Below are positions 40,991-56,578 of a DNA stretch of 64,000 nt, piece after piece. The stretch is from Eledone cirrhosa (Eukaryota). The translations under genes were made by a program, and so were the position numbers. The notes beneath the pieces were generated by a model. The model was not told the DNA's origin and searched no databases. It was given only the letters and a program-made list of their open reading frames with translations. The number at the start of each line of letters is the position of its first letter. Position 1 is the first letter of the stretch. Where the stretch lies: NCBI GenBank assembly GCA_964016885.1, contig OZ024743.1, positions 196,106,001 through 196,170,000 of the forward strand, in the 5' to 3' direction.

Positions 40991-42749
40991 ATCAAGATGA
41001 TGATGATGAGGTTGATGTTAGTGACGGTGATGTTACTGATGATTCTGATGATGTCGATGATGATATTTACGATGATAATGATGATGAATATAGTAGAGAT
41101 GCCGCTTCTATTTCGGTTGTTTCTGCAATTGTTGCACCCAAGAGATAAACACAAAAACCACTCTTTCCTTTGGCTGTCGAATTTATATTTCTTTCTTGTT
41201 ACTATTGCCAGAATAATAATGCAAGTCACTCGACAGAGATTAAAATGATGGAACGGAGTCAAGATGGCGGCATGAAGGCAAAAACAACTTTAACTTTTTT
41301 TATATTATCAAGATTTCCTGTAATCTATTGGCACAATAGAGTTATTGTCATCATCTTCATTACCGTCATCGTATCACAACTACCAATACCATCATCATCA
41401 CCGTCGTCATTTTATCAGAACCTACCAATCATCATCATTATCATCATCATCATCATCATCAAAAACAACATTATCATCATAGTTACTGTTTCTTATTCTT
41501 TGCCTCTCCCTCACACACACACTGTGTGAGTGTGTTAGGGTGTATGTTTGTTTGTGCGTGTGTGTGTGTGTAGATATATATTTTATTCATAAGAAATATA
41601 CCATAGAATAACTAATACAAATTTCTAAGAGAGATGTGTACATTTTAATAGGCGTGGAATGGATAATAAGACGATCTCATTTCTAACCCAGCTTGAATCG
41701 ATTTATTTTCACTATTAAAAAAAAATTGAAGAAATTCCATTTCAAATCTAATTTTATATATATCTAAACAATTTATATCTAATAGTCGGGCAGTGCAAAT
41801 AACTAAAACATACTTCTGTCTGCTATTTTTCTTGCATTTTTTAATTGTATACTTACAGAGGCTCAGAGTAGAAGAAACAAGATCTAGATGCCGTGACACG
41901 CATACCTTTCCAAACACCAGTAAGATATAACTGCTAAAATCATGATTCCTTTAGTGAACAAACACGACAATGAATGTAGTAATAAGTTGATAAGGTACAC
42001 AATACGATTTCTTCGAGTTTGTGAGTGTATGTTTGTGTGTGTATGTGCACTTGTGTGTGTACACGCGCTTTTGGTTATACGTCTACTTATGTGTGTGTAC
42101 ATGTGAGTGTGTGTGTTTGTGTGTGTGCCTGTGTGTGTGCGGGCGTGGGTATGTGTGTTTGAGTTTGTATTTTACTTGTATGTTTGAGTGTGTATAAATG
42201 TGTGTGGAACTGATTGAAAACATATCTAAGCTACTGTTTCACGTATCCAATATCTATATCTGTTTTTGTAGCTGATATTACCCACCATGTGTTTCGCAGA
42301 AATAGATAACAACTTTAGTTTTAATTATCTCACCATTTCGAATAAGACTGCCGAGGATTTTCACAACTTGGAAAGTAAACTTTACTGGAAGTGTACAGCG
42401 TGTGAGAAAAGGAAATGAGATTTTAACAACTTGGGATAAGGCGGCGTGTGAAGTGATGTACTGATGTGCAGTGGAGAAGTTAGTACTAGTTATACAACTA
42501 ATGTCCTTCACATGGGTATCGGAAGAGGTTAATCCTCTTATTTCTCCTCTTCTAAAAATTTAGATCATGTTCCCTATCAAAGAATATCTATACTGATGGG
42601 GTATTAATGATGTATGGAAATGGATATCACAGCAGGTATATAGAATATGTATCCACCTTCATTCCAAAGCACAAGTAAGAATACGTTATTCAGAAGATAA
42701 TACTGAGCCATTCCGGGCATTTCAGTTTTAAATTATGCACTAGAACTCC

Positions 42750-43005
42750 ACTTGTTCTGACGACGAGCGTTCCAGCTATTTGATCAACGAAACATCATGC
42801 CCGTGAAATTAATGTTTAAATGGCTGAGCATTTCACAGACACGTGTACGTGTACCGCAGTTCTCGGTGAGATGTAACAGGACTGGCTGTTTGAATTACGG
42901 TTACAACTCTTTATTACCAGCTGAGTGAAATGCAGCAACGTGAAAAAAGTGTCTTACCCAAGAACACAACGTGCCACTGAACCGCTTAACCACTTAGCAC
43001 GTGCT
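42750..43005 (-). mobile_element. Second cephalopod-type SINE family
   Basis: GATCAACG(G)AA..CGTGAAATT..GCTGAG..ACAGACACGTGTAC..; related copy at 55235-55390. Confidence 0.7.
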
Positions 43006-43259
43006 TTCACACATACATACTTACGTACATGCATACCAACCTACATACATACATACCAACATAATACATACACACATGCATACATACGTACATACATGCT
43101 GGCTGCAAACTCTGCTAAGAGTATTGCAATCGTTTATCAGATTACAGAAAATGGTGCACTTTTAGGCGACGGCCAGTCACACGAACCTGTACCAGATCCT
43201 GCACAAACAATGCTTGTGTGTAAGTGTTTTCATGCTGCAAGTGAAAATTAACACACAAC

Positions 43260-43353
<94 letters not shown>

Positions 43354-43426
43354 CATACGTATGCATATATACATATATATGTGTGTGTACGCGCACAAGC
43401 ACGTGTGTGTGTGTGTGTGTGCGTGC

Positions 43427-43461
<35 letters not shown>

Positions 43462-43961
43462 TGTGTGTGATGGCAACTATTTTGCGCAACGATGTATTGT
43501 TATGCAAGATTATTTCTGGATGAGTAGTGGAAGGGCACCAGCAGAATCAAACATGCTGCCTTGTAGGTAACGCATTAGTGAACACACATAGAAGAAGACC
43601 TGTGGTTGAAATAGGTGCCGACCCTTGCTTGATACTAGTTATTTAACTATAGATACTTAGAGAATGATATACGTGTCATACAAGCGTATGTAACAATAAT
43701 CTAATGATATACAGATATGACATCAGCTCATCTTGTTCATTTTTTGCCCCGAAGTTCTGCAGCAGTGGAGAAGTGGTGATGCGTGCAAACTTAACCAGCT
43801 GGAAGCACATAGTTAGCGAGAGACGTTTGAACAATGAATGATGAGAACGCCATCGTTTGACAAGATAAAGCAATCATGAAATCTATATGGCCAATGAACG
43901 GAACTAATCAAAATGCAAATATATACATATATATATACATATATATATACATATATATATG

Positions 43962-44021
<60 letters not shown>

Positions 44022-44095
44022 GCGTGTGTGTGTGTGTGTATGATACATATATGTATATATAAATACATATAAATATATAAAAATATATGTATTCA

Positions 44096-44129
<34 letters not shown>

Positions 44130-44227
44130 GGGTGTGTGTGTGTTTATGTGAGTCTGTGTGTGTGTGCATGTGACTAATATTTATGCATATCTATATATAT
44201 CTATATATATATCTACATATCTATATA

Positions 44228-44335
<108 letters not shown>

Positions 44336-44379
44336 GAGAGGAAGCACACGAGTTAGGATATATATATATATATATATAT

Positions 44380-45953
44380 GAAAACAGGGAGAAAGAGACG
44401 ATTATTAGGAAGAAAAATATGTTTTTCCTTTTTTGTTTCTCTCTCTTTTTTCTGGTTTAGAAAATGATTAAAACGAACTGTTTTACTTTGTGTGAAGTGT
44501 TAAGGTATTAGTTGATTTATTTTTTATTTAACAATGCCATTTATTTATCTATTTATATATTTAATAATTGTCTATTACCGGTTTCAGCATTTTTATGCAT
44601 TATCAAATGATAGTAAAATGTATTAGTGTGGTGTCACACACGTTAAACAGAAGGTGCAGAAAGAATAATGTTATTTACAAACAAGGTTTATGAAGTGAAA
44701 AGAAAAAAGAAAAAAGAAAAATAGAACGGGCATAATGTAGAGCATAAAAAGTCAATGTGGAAGAAAAAATAATGTTATTTACAGGCATAGTTCTTGAAGT
44801 TAAGCAGATCAAAATGTGTTAATATAGCAAGAGTGCTTAGTTGATCCATGATTCCATGATGGAGGCAAATGGTGGACTGAGGTTTGATATGATTTCCCTT
44901 TTTAGAGAGTTAATATGCAGGGGGAAGCAATTCTTGCTGGATGATATTTAATTTATTTAAGAAAAAGGATTAGGTAGGGTGTGGGGGAGGTAACTCTTGT
45001 AAATGTTTGATTGTTCGTTGCAATTTTAGATTGGTCCGATTTTTAGAGCATTAAGTAGAGGTTGGAATTTGTTAATGAAATATGTTTCCTTATTAGTACG
45101 TTGGATGAAAGTAGCGTTGTCTATGAATTTGTAAATGGGGAAAATTTTAAAGTTTGGATGTTGGTTGTGAGCACAATTGGCGATATGTTCACTAAATGCA
45201 ATCTTTCTGTATTCCTGTATTTTAATTTGTGATTTATGGACAGTCATACTTTGACGGAGGTTGTTTTTTGTCTGTCCTATGTAGTGCTCTTGACAACCTG
45301 AGCAGTTCAAAACATAGATTAGGTTTTCAGATGCACATGTAAAGTTGTGTTTAACTGTGAAACGCTGTCCTTGTTTAAAATGGAATGTTGAACCTTCTAT
45401 TAGATTTATGCATATGCCACAGTTGGGCCTTCCGCATTTTGTTACTGTAGGGTTCATCGTGAGGGTTTGTTGGATTTTGGCTTGTGTGAGGATGTTTTTT
45501 TATGGATTTAGGTTGTCTTTTACTCTTTATGTTGTGTGTTTGGAGGATTTTGTTCATTCTTGGGTCTCTTTTTAGTAGAATGTTGAGTCTATTCAGAAGG
45601 GTTTTAAACTTAAACAGTTTATCTATACTTTCATGCGTGAGGATGAAGCAGTCGTCCAGATATCTCTTCCAGTTCTTTTCTATGTGTTGGTAGAAGTGGT
45701 TGCCGTATTTATTCTTGCCTTTTGGTGGGGTGTAGTTGCTATTTCTGGCTATTGAGTCATCCTCATTGTATAAATAGATAAATAGATAAATAAATTCCAT
45801 TGTTAAATAATAAATAAATCAACTAATGCCTTCACACTTCACACAAAGTAAAACATTTCGTTTTAATCATGTTCTAACCCAGAAAAAAGAGAGAGAGAAA
45901 CAAAAAAGGACAAAAAATATTTTTCTTCCTAATAATCGTCTCTTTCTCCCTGT

Positions 45954-45957
<4 letters not shown>
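44380..45957 (-). mobile_element. Internally deleted Neptune-type Penelope-like element with ~180-bp inverted arms, in (TA)n
   Basis: WKRYLDDCF (RT), CGRPNCGIC, NLIYVLNCSGC..YIGQT (GIY-YIG); arms 44380-44558 and 45770-45957. Confidence 0.9.
44572..44613 (-). ncRNA. Minimal hammerhead (U3-A8 variant) in PLE 3' UTR
   Basis: TTGATAA-T-GCA-TAAAAA-TGC-T-GAAA-CCGG-TA; stem I weak. Confidence 0.6.
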
Positions 45958-46027
<70 letters not shown>

Positions 46028-46785
46028 GAGAGAGAAGACAGACTAACAGACAAAATCCAAACAGTCATTGACTTAGAGGACATGAATACATACGAATCTT
46101 CTAATCTATGCAATATTTTTCACCAACAATGCTGACAGAGGTGAAAACGTTCGTTATTTTCAATTCTCTAAACCAGTAATTCCCCTCTCCAACCAATATT
46201 TGTGTCCTACGTACTTATTCAAACTCTTTTGAACTTTTTCTTATACCCATACGTTGTTTTTAATTTAGGTACATGGTCAGTAATTTTGGGTGAGAGGAAC
46301 GTCGATTAAATCGACTCCAGTATTCGACTGGTACTTCATTTTATTGTTTACGGTTGGATAAAATGCAATGTTGACTTTGTCAGGATTTGAACTCGTAACG
46401 TAAAAACACGTAGCATATTCTACAATGCATTTTCTCCGACATTCCAACGATTTTACCCATCCACCATAATGGTTTATAATTTCGGTAGAAGGCCAGGAAT
46501 TTTGAAGGGAGGTGAAAATCCATTAAATCAATCCCAGCTCTTGACTCGCACTTTATTATATCGATTCCAGAAGTATGAAAAGTGAAAAGCAACCCCAGCT
46601 CTTGACTGGTACTTTATTATATCGATTCCGGAAGTATAAAAACCAAATTTGATAACATTGGGATTTCAACTCACAACGTAAAAAGCCAGAGTAAATTCAG
46701 CAAATCGTTTTGTTCGATGATCTGCCCATTCTGCCAACCCACTTCTTTCATGACCTGCATACCTGTGTGTGTGTGTGCGTGTGTG

Positions 46786-46876
<91 letters not shown>

Positions 46877-46984
46877 AGATGAGAGCGCACCATAATCTGC
46901 TTTGGTGGCCCTTGAAATATGTATAATGAAATAAATATGGTTTTATAAATATAGTTTCCATTTGTTAATATATTGTATATATAT

Positions 46985-47917
<933 letters not shown>

Positions 47918-49315
47918 TGAGTGTATGTGTATGTGTTTATTTAGTTGCGTGTGTTACAATATATGTCTTTCGCGAATCTTTCGAATCTAGCACACATATA
48001 AACTAGAAACTTATTTTAAAAAAACATTTATGACTTAATAAATGTAATACAAATAGAATAATGTTTTTAAGAGATCATCCTTATGTTTTGATGAAGGTTA
48101 ACATTCAGAAAGTCTTAACATCAAACAGTTGTTATTTGGTAATCAAAATATACTGATTTAAAGCTATTAAGATTCTCAAATTTTTTTATTTTCTGCTAAA
48201 GATTATAATCAGAACCGGATTTAATAGGATGGGAGCAAACGAGGCAACTGCACCGAGCTTCCTGCAGGAGGGCAACCAGTAACGGCTGTAGCAATTTATT
48301 TGTGTGTGTGTGTGTGTGTCCCAGCTGGGATTTTTGGTTTTAGGATGGTTAGAATTTTTGAATTTAATACCTGTATGTATAACTTTTCAATTCCAATTAA
48401 TTGCGCCAAGGTAACTTTGATATGTAAAATTGGAGGGATTGCTGTATATTCTAATTTTTTTTTTTTTTTTTTTGTGCATGAAGGGCTCCCCAAACCTGAA
48501 ATGCCTCGGACCCACCAAGGTCTACATCCAGAGCTGATTATAATAAAAGATTATCTTTAGAACATGAAAATAATAATTTTCTAAATCATAAACCAGTTTC
48601 TTTTACTTTTACTCCGGATATGAGTACTACTAGTATGTTTGCTGAAATATACAAACTGAATTTCTCTTTCTTGTTTGGGGGGTGTTTTTTTTCCTACCGA
48701 GTCAACACGAAATGTCAGAAAGGACAATATTAACTTTCCCACGGGGTTTATGAAAATAACAAAAAAAAATTGACGCCTTATATACCAGTAAGAAACAAGC
48801 ATAAAGAAAACCAGGTTAAGGTATGAATGGCTGCAATGTTTGGAAATTCCTGAAATATTGACATGTTCTTTTAGACGCTAGGAAGCTGAAATACCAAGCA
48901 TATACAATAGCACTGTAGCCATATGCCGTATGTATTATAATGTTGTTTTTATTTTTACAATATAGAGTGGTGAGTTAATTGTGTATTTATTAACATAGGA
49001 ATAAATATCTGTGACATATCTTAATGTAACTCCGTTCACAACATGCTAATGTGTCGGGGTTACAAAAGTGTAAACTAATAATTCTCTATGACATTTCATG
49101 TTCATAGTACCATAAGTTCCCGATGCTTATATACTTACCTCTGCAAGTATATCTATCTATTTATCTATCCGTGAATCTGAATCTCTGTATCAAATTTTGT
49201 GAAGATTATTTGAAAAATGACGAAGTTGTTTCAAGACAAACAGAGAACATCCTTACTTCTTTTATCGATGTATACACATCGACATATATAATTTATATAA
49301 GTTAAACACACACAC

Positions 49316-49430
<115 letters not shown>

Positions 49431-50568
49431 TTGGTAAACGGAATAGGAAATGCTGACAAATTGTTCACAGTTGAAAAATGGTTTAATTAGGAATAAAAGA
49501 GTATTAGTGATTGTATGGGTTAGTATTCAGTTGTGGTTTTAAGTTTTTAAGTTTTTACCGGTTGCGCATTTCTAAATGGTATAAGGAACGAGTATAAGGA
49601 ACGAGGAATCAGTAATGCATCAAACCACAATTTATTAATGTTTCTCCGTCGATCAGCTCGTGGCAGGATCTGTTACGGATCGAACCCGACTCCGTATTCG
49701 AAGGTTCTTCAGATATGTCTTGTGTGTTCAAACATCCCGGCTGTTTTATATATATATATATGTGTGTGTGTGTGTTTATATATACATATATATATATATA
49801 CACACACACAAAAATATCCAGACTACTCATGTATATTGTATATAATCGTATAGAATATGTTTATATATGTTTCCATATACACCCTATTATGCTTAAACGA
49901 TATATTTTATTTTTCACTGCATTAATACTATTTTATTTCAAATTTTATATGCGTTTCTAACTAACAAAATATTTTTCACATCTTTCTACATTAAAATGAC
50001 TAGAAGAAAAACCACACATCGGGTGGTTTTCTGCTAGCATGTGTAGTGTGTATATTGATATTATACGCAAGTATATATACATGTAGATATGATACATCAA
50101 ATAAAATTGTAATTGACAATACACAAGTTATTATATATTGGTAAACGGAATAGAAAATGCTGACAAATTGTTCACAGTTGAAAAATGGTTTAATTAGGAA
50201 TAAAAGAGTATTAGTGATTGTATGGGTTAGTATTCAGTTGTGGTTTTAAGTTTTTATGTTTTTACCGGTTGCGCATTTCTAAATACTTTTCAAAAATAAT
50301 TTTGAGATAGAGTGTCCGTGCTGTTTGCTCTGATCTGATTAGTTTTGGGAATTCTACCTGTTTTTATGTTAAAAAAGTGGCTCCAATTTGCAAAAATTCT
50401 TGTGGTCAAAACAATTTTGATTGGTCGGTAGAGGTCATGTGAATGTAAAAAATTTATTTTGCGCCAAGACTGTTTTTATGTTAAAAAAGTGGCTCCAGCA
50501 AAAATTCTTGTGGTCAAAACAATTTTGATTGGTCGGTAGAGGTCATGTGAATAAAAAATTGGTTTTGC

Positions 50569-52856
50569 AAACAAAATAACACAAGACAGGGAGGAGAAAC
50601 CGATAGTAATAAAAATTATCAATCTTACTAGTGCAGAACCAACACCCAACCTTATCAACTTACTCTCCAAAGGTCTTAAATTCACACCGACCCCACTACG
50701 TCCTAACTACTATGAAATGAAGGAAGACATCACAGACTTCTGTAGAAAGTTACGACTTAGTGAACAACTATTCGACCAGTACAATGATCATGAATCATTA
50801 GCCAGAAATAGAAGCAATTACACCCCTTCAAAAGGTAGAAATAAAATCCTGGACGAATTCTGTGAACACATCACAAACTTCCCTTACCAACACTTGCACA
50901 GACAAAAACACAAGCCAAACAAGAAAGAATGGGAAGAATTAAATAGATTAAAAACCGACAGAACCATTACAATTAAAGAGGCTGATAAAGGGAGTACAGT
51001 AGTCCTAATGGAGACAGAATTCTATATCAACTTAGCGCTCTCCACTTTGGAAAACGAAACATACTACGAAAAGGCTGAACACTACAATCAACAGAAAATT
51101 ATGAGAAACCTAAACACTCTGATCAACCAATACAAAGAAGGACTCACTAACAAAGAATTCAGCTTCATCACAGACTTCACAAGTAAATCCAGCCTTTTCT
51201 ACGGTATCCCTAAAGTACATAAAAGCGAATTAATAAGTAAGACATGCAAGGAAGCCACAGACATAGTCATCAATGTCCCCTCACCCAATGATCTCAAATT
51301 AAGACCTATAATAGCAGGCCCCGCTTGCGAAACGCACCGTCTTAGCAACTTCATTGATACCCTTCTCAAACCCTTCCTCAAGCACATCAAAAGCTATATA
51401 AGGGACGACCTAGATATGCTCAATCACCTCCCTAATATGCCACTTTCTGAAGAAACCCTACTAGTGACGTTCGATGTAGTCAACCTATACTCCAACATCC
51501 CCCACAACCTAGGAATAGAAGCTATCCAATTCTGGCTGGATAATTTCCACAATGAACTCCCACAACGCATCAAAAAAGAATTCGTGATAGAGGGACTCAA
51601 ATTTATCTTGGAGAACAATTACTTCGTTTTCAATAACAAACCCTACAGGCAGAAATCTGGGACCGCTATGGGAACGAAAACAGCCCCCATTATGCCAACC
51701 TAGTCATGGGATACCTGGAAATCACCCTCTACACTAAAGTCATAAACAAATTTGGAAACACCCTCCACTTACACATTGAAAGGAACTGGAAGCGATATCT
51801 AGATGACTGCTTCATCCTTTGGCACGAAAACATCGAAAAACTTAAAGAATTTCACACCCTTATAAATGGGCTCAACACAAATATTAACTTCACGATGGAA
51901 TACAGCCATCAACAACTCCCCTTCTCGACATCCTCATTAAGATCCATAACAAAAAAATAGAAACAGACATATACTACAAGCCCACAGACTCCAAGCAATA
52001 TCTCCCCTTCAACTCTTGCCACCCTAGACACGTTAAAATTAATATTCCCTACAACTTAGCCAAGAGAATCTGTACTATAGTCTCCAATAAAAACATCTGC
52101 TACTTACGGCTACAAGAACTAAAGTACACACTCATAGGCAGGGACTACCCTGCATCACTAATTGACAATGGAATCCAACGTGCCCTAAAACTCAGTACCC
52201 AGGACCTTAGACACCCTAAAGTAAATCAACCAAAACTAAAAGCTCTTCCATACATCTCCACACACAACCCCCTCAACAATGAGGCCTTTGACACCATCCT
52301 CCAGAACATCCCTGTATTGAAAAAGGACCATAGAATGAACCAAATTCTACGAACACACGATATCATAAAGAGCAAAAGACAATCCAAGTCAATGAAAAAC
52401 ATCTTAACACATGCCAAAGTACTGCCAACCACAACAAGGAAACCCACAGTAAAAAAAGGCGATAGACCCAACTGTGGCATTTGCATCAACCTAATAGAGG
52501 GTTCGGAATTCTATTTCAAAGATGGACAACGTTTTATAGTAAAACACAATTTCACATGTGCATCGGAAAATCTAATATATGTATTAACTTGTTCAGGTTG
52601 TCGAGAACAATACATAGGCCAGACTAAAAACAGCCTCCGCCAACGCATGACTGTCCATAGATCCCAAATCAAAATACGGGAATACAGGAAAATACCACTG
52701 AGTGAACACATTGATACCTGTGCCGCCCAAAATCATCCCAACTTCAGAATCTTTCCCCTCTACAAATTTAAAGATAATGCCACCCACACCCAGCGCATCA
52801 GCAAGGAATCTTACTTCATTAACAAATACGGACCCCATCTAAACACTTCTCCCTAA
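50569..52856 (+). pseudogene. PLE RT + GIY-YIG endonuclease ORF (5'-truncated; frameshifts near 51690 and 51925)
   Basis: IINL..LLSKGLKFTPTP, KEADKG, FYGIPKVHK, LRPII, TFDVVNLYSNI, YRQKSGTAMG, KRYLDDCF, NCGIC, NLIYVLTC..YIGQT. Confidence 0.93.
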
Positions 52857-52996
52857 GACGAACCCACAACATACACACGTCAACATACATACCTACATCA
52901 GCACACATCTCTACCCACATATAAACACAATGACATACGTAAACACACATGCTCTATGGTGCAACACAAAAAAATATATGTGCATATATATATGTA

Positions 52997-53068
<72 letters not shown>

Positions 53069-53211
53069 ATATATGTGTGTGTATATATATATAGTGAATA
53101 ATCATTTCACACCTTTTTTTGTTAAGATTTTTGATGTTCTATTAAGAGAACCGATTTTACTGAAAAAATCGAATAATGTACACCATTTTACCAGGGGGAA
53201 AAAATACTGGT

Positions 53212-53254
<43 letters not shown>

Positions 53255-53435
53255 CACACACACATACACACGCGTACATCAACATACAAAGAGACTTATA
53301 TACACACACACACACACGCGCGCACTTCTCCGTATAAGACAAAAGCTGAAGAATATCTTTTGACATGCTAAAATACCCCCCATTGCTTTCAGACACATTC
53401 TTACTGACCATCCCTGCCACCACGAATTACTCTGC

Positions 53436-53510
<75 letters not shown>

Positions 53511-53810
53511 TTGTTGTGAAAGAGTCATTTCTCAATCTTGGCGCAAAACCAATTTTTTATTCACATGACCACTACCGACCAATCAAAATTGTTTTGACCA
53601 CAAGATTTTTTGCTGGAGCCACTTTTTTAACATAAAAACAGTCTTGGCGCAAAATCAATTTTTTACATTCACATGACCTCTACCGAGCAATCAAAATTGT
53701 TTTGACCACAAGAATTTTTGCAAATTGGAGCCACTTTTTTAACATAAAAACAGGTAGAATTCCCAAAACTAATCAGATCAGAGCAAACAGCACGGACACT
53801 CTATCTCAAA

Positions 53811-53856
53811 ATTATTTTTGAAAAGCATTTAGAAATGCGCAACCGGTAAAAACATA
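53811..53856 (+). ncRNA. Hammerhead-like motif in PLE 3' UTR (TTGAAAA core; GCAA for GAAA)
   Basis: TTT-TTGAAAA-GCATT-TAGA-AATGC-GCAA-CCGG-TA-AAA; positional counterpart of 44572-44613. Confidence 0.5.
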
Positions 53857-54601
53857 AAAACTTAAAACCACAACTGAATACTAACCCATACAATCACTAA
53901 TACTCTTTTATTCCTAATTAAACCATTTTTCAACTGTGAACAATTTGTCAGCATTTTCTATTCCGTTTACCAATATATAATAACTTGTGTATTGTCAATT
54001 ACAATTTTATTTGATGTATCATATCTACATGTATATATACTTGCGTATAATATCAATATACACACTACACATGCTAGCAGAAAACCACCCGATGTGTGGT
54101 TTTTCTTCTAGTCATTTTAATGTAGAAAGATGTGAAAAATATTTTGTTAGTTAGAAACGCATATAAAATTTGAAATAAAATAGTATTAATGCAGTGAAAA
54201 ATAAAATATATCGTTTAAGCATAATAGGGTGTATATGGAAACATATATAAACATATTCTATACGATTATATACAATATACATGAGTAGTCTGGATATTTT
54301 TGTGTGTGTGTATATATATATATATGTATATATAAACACACACACACACATATATATATATATAAAACAGCCGGGATGTTTGAACACACAAGACATATCT
54401 GAAGAACCTTCGAATACGGAGTCGGGTTCGATCCGTAACAGATCCTGCCACGAGCTGATCGACGGAGAAACATTAATAAATTGTGGTTTGATGCATTACT
54501 GATTCCTCGTTCCTTATACTTGTATACTCTGCTCTGCGCGAGCATCGAGTGCTCAACCGGCATACCGCCTACGGACGCATTTACCTGCAACCCTACAGCA
54601 A

Positions 54602-54680
<79 letters not shown>

Positions 54681-55537
54681 CGTTTCTTTGTTTGTATGAA
54701 AATGTGTGTTTGTATATGCATGAGTATATTTCTGTGAATTCGTGGATTTATAGTATTTTGATAGTCTTAGCATGGTTAAAATCTATGAAATTTATAAATG
54801 GATATTTTACTCTCTTTATATCGAACAAGTTGAGGCCCTTATCAGGTCCAACACCTTGACGTTATTTATGAAGCTATACCACTGAAACCTGTATTATTCG
54901 TAGCTATTACTTCTTTCTAATCTACAGGTCACTATTATCAGGATCTTTCGCAAAAGGTTATTATTATATCTCAATATCAGGAAAGCGCATATGACATTTA
55001 ACGAAAACCTCGATTGCTTTCACTACACACTATCGTATCTGCCATCATTAATCACTTTCCTCGACGTGTTAGATAACGGGAATTTCTCGGTTTCTCGACA
55101 AAAATCATTGGTAGACCGCTTTCGTTACTGTCACTGAATATGTCTTCTTTCAGTCATTCGATAGCAAAACAAGAAAGAATACAGCGACTTTATAGAATAG
55201 AAGGAATGAACATCCATCGTTTGCAACGGTTAGTGTTCCCTTTGTTTGATCAACGGAATAGTTTCTTCATGAAATCAACAACGTTTAGATAGCTGAGTGT
55301 TACGCACACGCACACTCATATCGTAATTCTGAGAGAGATTCAGCGTCACATAGTGTGTAACAGAGGATGACTCTTTGAATTATATATATGCAGTCCAAGA
55401 AGATTCCACCACCAAAAATGTTCACCCTGGAGGATTGTTCGTGATAATATGCAAAGGGGTCGATTGCAGGACATAATGATTGCGAAGCGAACTCCTTAAT
55501 CATTCGTCCAAGTTGACATATATAATTTAGGCACAGA

Positions 55538-55710
55538 TTTAGGCACAAGACCAGCAATTTTGGGGGAGAGGAATGTCGATTAAATCAACCCAGTGCATCA
55601 CTGTTGCTTTATTTGTCGACCCCGTAAGGATGAATGACAAAGCTAACCTCGGCGGGATATGGGCCGTAACTCTATGCCGCAAAACTAACGATACTACCAA
55701 TCCACCTACC
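55538..55710 (-). mobile_element. tRNA-derived SINE
   Basis: GGCACAAGACCAGCAATTTTGGGG..GTCGACCCCGTAAGGATGAA. Further copies at about 35705, 37215, 38690, 46255 and 46475. Confidence 0.8.
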
Positions 55711-56513
55711 ATAAGTTGACATATATAATAAACTCAAAGCAAACAAATTAAGTACATAGATCTATATAAACATAATCAATACGTAGAGCAGTTAATAACT
55801 TACTATAAATATATATAGGGGGAAAAACAACAAGGCTGTATTAGTGAATTATTTTTATTTTCTCCGTAATTACTAAAGACAATTCCGGACAAATATTTTT
55901 ACCTACTGAACTCAGTGTTGCTTTTATACTACTTGCTGAGAAGAAGAATGTGCAGCAGGTCGAGATTTGAACTCGACACGTACCTTTTAGTTCATGAATG
56001 GACTTGTTTCACTTCCATATTTAGCAGAACCGCGCCTTATATAGCTCCCCTGACCTGTTGCACAAACCAAAAGTATTTTATGCCTCCTCTTCCTTATTGT
56101 TACTGGCACGAAGATTATATTCATGAATCTTCTAGAAAATTCTAGATTACGTGAACCCTATTCATTAGAAATTCTACATTACGTGATCCCTATTCATTAG
56201 AAATGTGTTATTCTGTTCTTCAGCTCCAGAATAAAACTTGTTGCAGTCCTAAGCTGTATAAAGCTTGGATATCCCTTGATAGAAAAGCTTGGATTTCGCG
56301 CATTGGAAAATTTACACCAGAAGGTCTTACAAAAAATGTGAACATATGTGTTTTGATTGAAGTCCTAACCACGTTTTTATTTTACTAAATGGGATAATCC
56401 AGGGCTGCTTAACGTTTACGTGACACGGTCCGATATACCAACTCTGACACAACCCTCTTTCTGCCCCCTCATTCCACTACCCTATACTTCTTTCCCTCTC
56501 TCTTTTTCGCTCC

Positions 56514-56578
<65 letters not shown>

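Larger units (their letters stand above)
49431..54520 (+). mobile_element. Neptune-type Penelope-like element with 978-bp inverted arms
   Basis: Arms 49591-50568 and 53543-54520 are near-identical reverse complements; extra 147-bp piece 49431-49577 duplicates 50138-50284; (TA)n on the left flank. Confidence 0.92.

Noticed and set aside
42757-42795. CTGACGA..GAAAC hammerhead-like motif
   Set aside because: Lies within a diverged SINE and has no supporting stems.
48210-48536. Possible short MITE with GAACCGGAT/ATCCAGAGC ends
   Set aside because: Termini too degenerate and no TSD found.
49591-54520. 978-bp inverted repeats as DNA-transposon TIRs
   Set aside because: The enclosed ORF is RT + GIY-YIG, the left arm truncates the ORF, and no TSD or transposase is present.
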